Made by a program: the position numbers and the translations under genes
Notes under the pieces: model-generated
What the model was told of the DNA's origin: nothing
Databases searched by the model: none
What the model saw: only the letters and a program-made list of their open reading frames with translations
Assembly (NCBI GenBank): GCA_964580255.1
Contig: CAZOJX010000001.1
Span: 1-41,893, forward strand
Reading direction: 5' to 3'
DNA length: 41,893 bases
From: an uncultured Lachnoclostridium sp.
GTDB taxonomy: Bacteria; Bacillota; Clostridia; Lachnospirales; Lachnospiraceae
In this document: positions 33,901 through 40,247 of the stretch, piece after piece
Layout: each line of letters begins with the position of its first letter
Position numbering within the stretch: the stretch's first letter is position 1

Positions 33901-34299
33901 ATGTCACCAGTGTTTCAGGTGCTCTTGATTTTCGGAGCGGTTTTGATGACTTATTATATTATGAAAAGAATCCGCCAGTCCAAGCTGCAGATCGAATATG
34001 CGATCTTCTGGATCGTATTTTCCGGAATCCTGCTGATCTTCAGCCTGTTTCCGTTTCTTGTGGCCATGCTCACAAGACTGATCGGAATGGAGCTGCCGGT
34101 AAACTTTATTTTCCTGTTCTTTATTTTGATCCTGATCCTGAAAGCTTTTTTCCAGACCATCGAAACCTCGGTGCTGGAAAATAAGGTGCGGAATTTAACC
34201 CAGCGCCTTGCAATCGAAGAAAAGGACAGACAGGAAGAACTTGCAAAAATGCAGGAAAAGATCGAAGAATTAGAAAAGAAGCTTCAGGAGGAAAAATAA
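33901..34299 (+). CDS. Small membrane protein, DUF2304-like (GacJ-type partner candidate)
   Basis: 132 aa, starting 1 nt after the GT2 stop with GGAGGAGG upstream. Four hydrophobic segments, then a coiled-coil-like tail LENKVRNLTQRLAIEEKDRQEELAKMQEKIEELEKKLQEEK. Confidence 0.6.
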   Translation: MSPVFQVLLIFGAVLMTYYIMKRIRQSKLQIEYAIFWIVFSGILLIFSLFPFLVAMLTRLIGMELPVNFIFLFFILILILKAFFQTIETSVLENKVRNLTQRLAIEEKDRQEELAKMQEKIEELEKKLQEEK

Positions 34300-34300
34300 A

Positions 34301-35149
34301 ATGAAAAAGATCATTGTGACAGGCTGCAACGGACAGCTGGGACGTGCGATCAATGCACAGTATGCAGAAAGTACAGAATATGAACTGATCAATTCAGATG
34401 TTGATGTATTAGATATTACAGATGTGGAGGCAGTACTTGCACATGTAAGAGAGATCAAGCCTTATGCGATCATCAACTGTGCTGCTTACACAGCAGTTGA
34501 TAAATGTGAAACCGAGGAAGATCTGGCATTTAAGATCAATGCCATCGGACCGAGAAACCTTGCCATCGCGGCAGCAGAGGTAGATGCAAAGCTGATCCAT
34601 GTTTCTACAGACTATGTGTTTGCAGGAGATGCGAAGACACCGTATGTGGAATGTGATACACCGGCACCGCAGAGTGCTTATGGACGCACAAAGCTTGCCG
34701 GAGAAGAATTTGTTAAAATGTTTGCAAAAAAATATTTTATCGTTCGTACAGCATGGCTGTATGGAGATGGACACAACTTTGTAAAGACCATGCTCCGTCT
34801 GGCGGAAACAAAAGAGGAGGTTGGTGTTGTGGCAGACCAGCTGGGAAGCCCGACCAGTGCTTTAGAGCTTGCCAAAGCCATTGTAAGTCTTGTGCCGACT
34901 TCCAATTACGGTGTTTTCCACGGAACCTGTGAAGGACAGTGCAGCTGGGCAGATTTTGCGGAAAAGATCTTTGAAAAAGCCGGAAAGAACGTGAAGGTGA
35001 AACATCTTACAACAGAAGAATATCCGACACCGACCAAGCGTCCGGCATATTCTGTTTTGGAAAATCGTATGTTCAAGCTGACTTCTGACCATTCCTTTGC
35101 ACAGTGGGAAGATGCGCTGGACGTATATTTAAAGGATTTATTAGGGTAA
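34301..35149 (+). CDS. rfbD: dTDP-4-dehydrorhamnose reductase
   Basis: 282 aa. VTGCNGQLGRA Rossmann motif, HVSTDYVFAGD, catalytic YGRTKLAGEE, and VVADQLGSPT. Confidence 0.9.
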   Translation: MKKIIVTGCNGQLGRAINAQYAESTEYELINSDVDVLDITDVEAVLAHVREIKPYAIINCAAYTAVDKCETEEDLAFKINAIGPRNLAIAAAEVDAKLIHVSTDYVFAGDAKTPYVECDTPAPQSAYGRTKLAGEEFVKMFAKKYFIVRTAWLYGDGHNFVKTMLRLAETKEEVGVVADQLGSPTSALELAKAIVSLVPTSNYGVFHGTCEGQCSWADFAEKIFEKAGKNVKVKHLTTEEYPTPTKRPAYSVLENRMFKLTSDHSFAQWEDALDVYLKDLLG

Positions 35150-35154
35150 GGAAA

Positions 35155-36117
35155 ATGGATAAGAAAAATATTTTATATATCGTGATCCCTTGCTATAACG
35201 AAGAAGCGGTCATTCGGGAAACTGCCAAACAGGTAGCAGTAAAAATGCAGCAGCTCTATGAGAGAGAATTGATCTCAGAAAAGAGTAAGGTGCTGTTTGT
35301 CGATGACGGTTCCAAGGATATGACCTGGCCGATGATTGAAGCGCTTCATGCGGAAAATCCAATGTACAGCGGAGTAAAGCTGTCCAGAAATAAGGGACAT
35401 CAAAATGCGCTGGTTGCAGGACTTTCGGTTGCAGTAAAGCATGCAGATATGATCGTGTCCATGGACGCAGATCTTCAGGACGACATCAATGCCATTGACG
35501 GTTTTGTGGAAAAATATTATGAGGGCTGCGAGGTCGTATATGGCGTGCGCAGTGCGAGAAAAACAGATACCTTCTTTAAAAAATTCACTGCCCAGGGTTT
35601 CTATAAACTGATGATGCTTATGGGCGTGGACATTGTGTACAACCATGCAGATTATCGTCTGATGAGTCGTCGTGCTGTGGAGGAACTGCTGAAATTCAAG
35701 GAAGTCAATCTCTTTCTTCGAGGCATTGTGCCGATGGTAGGTTTTAAGTCTGACAGCGTTTATTATGAAAGAGCAGAGCGTTTTGCCGGAGAATCTAAAT
35801 ATCCGTTAAAGAAAATGCTCAGCTTCGCCATGGACGGAATTACCTCCTTCAGCATTAAACCGATCCGTCTGATTACCAGCCTGGGATTTCTGATCTTTTT
35901 GATCAGCCTCTGCATGCTGGTATATTCTCTGGTGAGACACTATACAGGACATACGAGTATTGGATGGTCTTCCATGTTTGTTTCCATCTGGGCCATTGGG
36001 GGTCTGCAGATTCTTTCCATCGGTGTCATTGGAGAATACATTGGAAAGATCTATATGGAAACAAAAGAACGTCCGAAATTTATTATTGAAAAAGAATTAG
36101 ACGAAGGAGCAAATTGA
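35155..36117 (+). CDS. Polyprenyl-phosphate glycosyltransferase, GtrB/CsbB type (GT2 with two C-terminal TM helices)
   Basis: ATG 35155 lies after AAGGA; the ORF-track GTG 35104 overlaps rfbD. YIVIPCYNEEAVI, FVDDGSKDMT, and SMDADLQDD. C-terminal TM pair ITSLGFLIFLISLCMLVY and MFVSIWAIGGLQILSIGVIGEY. Confidence 0.85.
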   Translation: MDKKNILYIVIPCYNEEAVIRETAKQVAVKMQQLYERELISEKSKVLFVDDGSKDMTWPMIEALHAENPMYSGVKLSRNKGHQNALVAGLSVAVKHADMIVSMDADLQDDINAIDGFVEKYYEGCEVVYGVRSARKTDTFFKKFTAQGFYKLMMLMGVDIVYNHADYRLMSRRAVEELLKFKEVNLFLRGIVPMVGFKSDSVYYERAERFAGESKYPLKKMLSFAMDGITSFSIKPIRLITSLGFLIFLISLCMLVYSLVRHYTGHTSIGWSSMFVSIWAIGGLQILSIGVIGEYIGKIYMETKERPKFIIEKELDEGAN

Positions 36118-37289
36118 TGAAACAAAGAAAGTGGGAACTTTCCGATATTTTACTGATCGTGGGTGTAACGATCTTAAGCGTTTTGATCCGGCTGGAATTT
36201 CGACATGTTGTGTCCGGTGACTGGACACTGTGGTGGGAAGGCTGGTTCCAGCATTTGTATCAGGACGGATTTCATGCACTGGCAGGAGACTGGTATGATT
36301 ATGCTCCGCCGTTCGTGTATCTTTTATGGCTGATCAGTGTTCTTCCGATCAATCGTATGACCGGATTTAAACTGCTGATGAGCGGTTTTGACCTGATGGC
36401 GGCCATCGTGGCAGCGATGATCATTTATGAAATAACAAAGAACCGTACCAAATCGATCATTACCTACGGGATTTTTATGTTAAACCCGATCTTTTTGGTA
36501 AACAGTACCCTGTGGGCCCAGTGTGATATGCTGCCAATGTTCTGGGTACTGCTCTGTGTATATTTTCTGATCAAAGAACGCCCTTCCATGGCAATGTTTT
36601 TCTTTGGGGTGGCTTTTGCATTCAAGCTGCAGCCTCTGTGGCTGGCACCGATGCTGATCATCCTCTGGATCAATAAAAAGATCGATCTGAAACATTTTCT
36701 GTGGCTTCCGGTCAATTACTGTATCGGGATCATTCCGGCATGGATCGCAGGAAGACCTTTGGGTGAGCTTTTGACGATCTATTTCAGCCAGACAGAAGCA
36801 GAGGGCTGGTCTCTGGCATTAAAATACAGCAATCTCTACTATTTGATCGGAGAGACTAATTTTATTGAGGAATATCATACAGCCGGCGTATGGCTTGCAC
36901 TGGCGGTATTTATGATCGTTTTATATTACATTGGAAGAAAGCGTTTAAAGATCAGTGCCGACTTTATTCTGATTCTGGGCGGTTTCGTAGGACTTTTGGC
37001 ACCATTTTTCCTGCCGCAGATGCATGAAAGATATTCCTTCTTTGCAGAAGTATTCCTCATTTTATATGCGGTGCGGAATCCGAAGAAATTTTATCTGCCG
37101 GTATTCCAGAGTCTGACTTCTTTTATGGGATATTCCATATTTATCGCACAGGACTGGTCTTTGCCGATTCAGTATATGCCGTTCATCACATTGACGGTGC
37201 TGTTCCTGACCGGATATGAGGTATATCAGTATCTTCAGGATCCGAAAAATCAGGAAACAGAAGAAATCCCGGAGGTGAAAGCATGTTAG
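36117..37289 (+). CDS. Polytopic membrane protein, GT-C-like glycosyltransferase candidate
   Basis: About 390 aa. ATG 36117 shares one nt with the upstream TGA; TTG 36114 is an alternative. About 10 TM segments. The first predicted external loop is Asp/aromatic-rich (SGDWTLWWEGWFQHLYQDGFHALAGDWYDYAPPFVY). Confidence 0.5.
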   Translation: MKQRKWELSDILLIVGVTILSVLIRLEFRHVVSGDWTLWWEGWFQHLYQDGFHALAGDWYDYAPPFVYLLWLISVLPINRMTGFKLLMSGFDLMAAIVAAMIIYEITKNRTKSIITYGIFMLNPIFLVNSTLWAQCDMLPMFWVLLCVYFLIKERPSMAMFFFGVAFAFKLQPLWLAPMLIILWINKKIDLKHFLWLPVNYCIGIIPAWIAGRPLGELLTIYFSQTEAEGWSLALKYSNLYYLIGETNFIEEYHTAGVWLALAVFMIVLYYIGRKRLKISADFILILGGFVGLLAPFFLPQMHERYSFFAEVFLILYAVRNPKKFYLPVFQSLTSFMGYSIFIAQDWSLPIQYMPFITLTVLFLTGYEVYQYLQDPKNQETEEIPEVKAC

Positions 37290-38197
37290 ATCAGTTTTTA
37301 AGAGAACGTCTGGTACACGGAACGATTCCGGTGGGAAAAAGACGTATTGCATTTCTGGATCTTTTGCTGGTTGTCTGCATCACAGGTGCAGCAGTGATGA
37401 TGCGCGCGGCAATCTTTGGAATTTCCAAGGAAGTGGGAGCAATCAGTGAAACTCTGAGACTTTTGTACTGTATTCTGGATTTTGTTCTGGCAATCTTTTT
37501 AGCAGTTTTTGTGTGGAAAACCACAGGTCAGCCGCTGAAGACTGTGGGAATCTATTCCCTGGCAGTAATCTGGCCGGCCATTGCAGGAAACAGTGCTTTA
37601 AACGGAGGCCCAGAGGTGATCCTGGCGGTTCTGCTGACAGGTCTTTTGATGATCTTTGCAGTGCAGAAGAATAATTCAGCAAAGAGCTTCTGGCTGTTTA
37701 CCATTGCGGCGGCTCTGTGTCAGATTTTGCAGGGAGATGGAGCGGGAACGAAACTTACAGGTTACTGGCCGAACATCTACACTCTTTTTAGTGAGACCGG
37801 CTATTGCATTGAATATGGTTATACGGGCAAGCTGCTGGTGATCGGCATCTTAATGCTCATTTTTTATTACATTTCCAAAAAGGAATTGAAGGTGACAGCG
37901 GAGCTTTTGACAGCGTCCGGATTATTTGTCACATTGTTTATCAGTGCATTCTATCCGTTTATGAATTATCGAAGCGGATTGTTTGCCAATGTGTTTGCAT
38001 TGCTGCTGTTTGTGCAGAATAAAAAGAAATTCTATGTGCCGATGGCACTGTGCATCATTTCCTATACTTCTTATGGGTATGCTCACGGAAGTGAGATTGA
38101 TCTGGTGCGCTGGATCTACGCCCTTGCGTTGGTTGGACTGATGCTGGACGCAGGTGTTTATTTCTACAGACAGCTTCAGAAAAAGGAAACTACATGA
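37283..38197 (+). CDS. Polytopic membrane protein, shorter paralogue of the preceding gene
   Basis: 304 aa. The C-terminal half aligns by eye with the upstream protein (e.g. FANVFALLLFVQNKKKFYVPMALCIISYTSYG vs FAEVFLILYAVRNPKKFYLPVFQSLTSFMGYS). It lacks the acidic/aromatic first loop. Confidence 0.45.
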   Translation: MLDQFLRERLVHGTIPVGKRRIAFLDLLLVVCITGAAVMMRAAIFGISKEVGAISETLRLLYCILDFVLAIFLAVFVWKTTGQPLKTVGIYSLAVIWPAIAGNSALNGGPEVILAVLLTGLLMIFAVQKNNSAKSFWLFTIAAALCQILQGDGAGTKLTGYWPNIYTLFSETGYCIEYGYTGKLLVIGILMLIFYYISKKELKVTAELLTASGLFVTLFISAFYPFMNYRSGLFANVFALLLFVQNKKKFYVPMALCIISYTSYGYAHGSEIDLVRWIYALALVGLMLDAGVYFYRQLQKKETT

Positions 38198-39348
38198 AAC
38201 AGACACAGTTAGCTTATATCAATGGTTTAAAAGGAATTGGTGCAGGTATGGTATATCTGTGCCATTTCGTGTTTGCGTTTTATTACGGAATGTACAGCCT
38301 GGAAGCGGCCGACTGCCATCTTCCGGGAAATTTAGAGATTTTCATCGGAAAATCTCCGTTAAACCTTTTGTTCAGTGGAAATTTTGCGGTACGTTTGTTT
38401 CTCGTAATGAGTGGTTATGTGCTCTGCCTTGGATACTTTCGAACCAAAGACAGAAAACGACTGGCAGTCAGTGCCGGAAAACGTTATTTTCGGCTGATCT
38501 TACCAATTTTGGTGACCAATGTGCTGATCTGTTTTTTAATGAAGGCGGGGGCCTTTTACAATGTGGCTGTCGCAGAGCTTACGGGCTCTAGCTGGCTAGC
38601 TGGCTTTAACCGTTGTGAACCGGATCTTTTGATGGCATTGAAGGAAGCGCTGTTTGGCTGTTTCTTATTCGGAACCAATCAGTTTAACGGTGTACTCTGG
38701 ACCATTCCGTACCTCTTTTTAGGGGCGTTGCTGGTTTACGGAACAGCCTGGCTGATCGGAGATAAAAAATGGAGATATCCGGTCTATCTGTGTATAGGAC
38801 TTGCCCTTTTAATGACAGATTATGCCGGTGTATTCTGGGGATTTGTACTGTGTGATGTGATTCATACCCAGGAAGCATTTCTGCAAAAGGTGAAAAAGCA
38901 GAAATGGCTGCTGTGGCTGGTGTTTGCCGCAGGGCTTTACTTAAGCTCTTATCCGTCAGCAGGAGCTCATCTGGAAGGAACCATTTACGGAATCCTTCCG
39001 ATCGTGATGGTTGTACCATATCATTTGGCGGGAGCGCTCTGTCTGGTAGCGGCAGTGGTTTGTCTGGAGCCTTTACAGAGATTTTTCGGACTGCCGGTAT
39101 TTGAGAAGCTTGGAAAGATTTCCTACAGTCTGTATCTGGTTCATTTTCCGGTACTGGCTACTTTGGGCTGCTTTTTGTTTAAATGTTTTTACGGAAAAAT
39201 GCCGTACTTAGCGGCAGCACTTGCGGTATTTGTCCTGACAACGGCGGCAGTACTCGGAATTTCCAAATTCTTCCAAAGCTATATTGAACCTTTGGGAAAA
39301 AAGGGAGAACAATATGTGGAAAAATTACTTACAAACTCAGAAGCCTAG
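38194..39348 (+). CDS. Membrane acyltransferase, acyltransferase-3 (OatA/WecH-like) family
   Basis: 384 aa with an ATGA overlap upstream. N-terminal YINGLKGIGAGMVYLCHF (conserved His in TM1). About 10 TM segments. Confidence 0.72.
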   Translation: MKQTQLAYINGLKGIGAGMVYLCHFVFAFYYGMYSLEAADCHLPGNLEIFIGKSPLNLLFSGNFAVRLFLVMSGYVLCLGYFRTKDRKRLAVSAGKRYFRLILPILVTNVLICFLMKAGAFYNVAVAELTGSSWLAGFNRCEPDLLMALKEALFGCFLFGTNQFNGVLWTIPYLFLGALLVYGTAWLIGDKKWRYPVYLCIGLALLMTDYAGVFWGFVLCDVIHTQEAFLQKVKKQKWLLWLVFAAGLYLSSYPSAGAHLEGTIYGILPIVMVVPYHLAGALCLVAAVVCLEPLQRFFGLPVFEKLGKISYSLYLVHFPVLATLGCFLFKCFYGKMPYLAAALAVFVLTTAAVLGISKFFQSYIEPLGKKGEQYVEKLLTNSEA

Positions 39349-40231
39349 AGAGGCATGGCTTGATATTGCCAAAGCCTACGGGATTTTTCTGGTGATCTTA
39401 AACCATATGAATGTGCAGCTTCCGCTAGTCACATTTTTTGGAGGAATGTTTTATATGCCGCTGTTTTTCATGGCAGCAGGCTATACTTATCGAAATAAAG
39501 GGGAATGTTTTGGGGATTTTCTGAAGGAAAAAGCGAAAAGACTGCTGATTCCTTACTTTGTGTGCAATCTCTTTCTGTTTGCATTTTTTACATTGCGAAG
39601 CGGATTTTCCAAGCCGAACTTTCTGGGAATCTTTTATTCCAGAAGTATGCTTATGGCAGCAGACAGCTCCTGGAATATGGGAATGATGAATTATCTGAAT
39701 GCACCAACCTGGTTTTTAACCTGTCTGTTTTTAAGCTACGGATTCTATTATCTGATCGACAGCAGAACAGGCAGCGAGAAAGAGCGAAGAAAATGGATTC
39801 TTCTGTCCATGATTGTCGGGGTGATTCTTCGGACCATTTCTCCGGTGCTCCTTCCATGGAGTCTGGAAAATGCATTATTTTTCCTGGGATTTTTAGAGGC
39901 CGGCCGTTTCTTAAAGGAAAAGGGACTTGCGTGGCTCCGTCAAAATGAGTGGATCTATGGAAATCTTCTGATTGCTTTTGTAGCACTTTCCTATTTGGGT
40001 GGTTCTGTCAATGTATCGATCAGTGCCTATGGTCGATCTATGATCCTTTATTTTTTCACCGGAACCATTGGAAGCATTCTTTGTATGAAGGCGGCAGAGC
40101 TGACTGAAAAATATGGAAAGCTCTTTGCCGGACTGCTGGCTTTTGTAGGCAGACATACCCTGCCAATCCTGTGCTGGCACTTATTTGTGATTGAAATTTT
40201 GAAAAAACTGGGAATCCTGTTTGGAATATAA
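39314..40231 (+). CDS. Second membrane acyltransferase, acyltransferase-3 family
   Basis: ATG 39314 lies 5 nt after AAGGGAGA; TTG 39284 is the ORF-track start. EAWLDIAKAYGIFLVILNHM. Multi-TM. Overlaps the upstream gene by 35 nt. Confidence 0.7.
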   Translation: MWKNYLQTQKPREAWLDIAKAYGIFLVILNHMNVQLPLVTFFGGMFYMPLFFMAAGYTYRNKGECFGDFLKEKAKRLLIPYFVCNLFLFAFFTLRSGFSKPNFLGIFYSRSMLMAADSSWNMGMMNYLNAPTWFLTCLFLSYGFYYLIDSRTGSEKERRKWILLSMIVGVILRTISPVLLPWSLENALFFLGFLEAGRFLKEKGLAWLRQNEWIYGNLLIAFVALSYLGGSVNVSISAYGRSMILYFFTGTIGSILCMKAAELTEKYGKLFAGLLAFVGRHTLPILCWHLFVIEILKKLGILFGI

Positions 40232-40247
40232 GAGAGGAATCAAAAGC

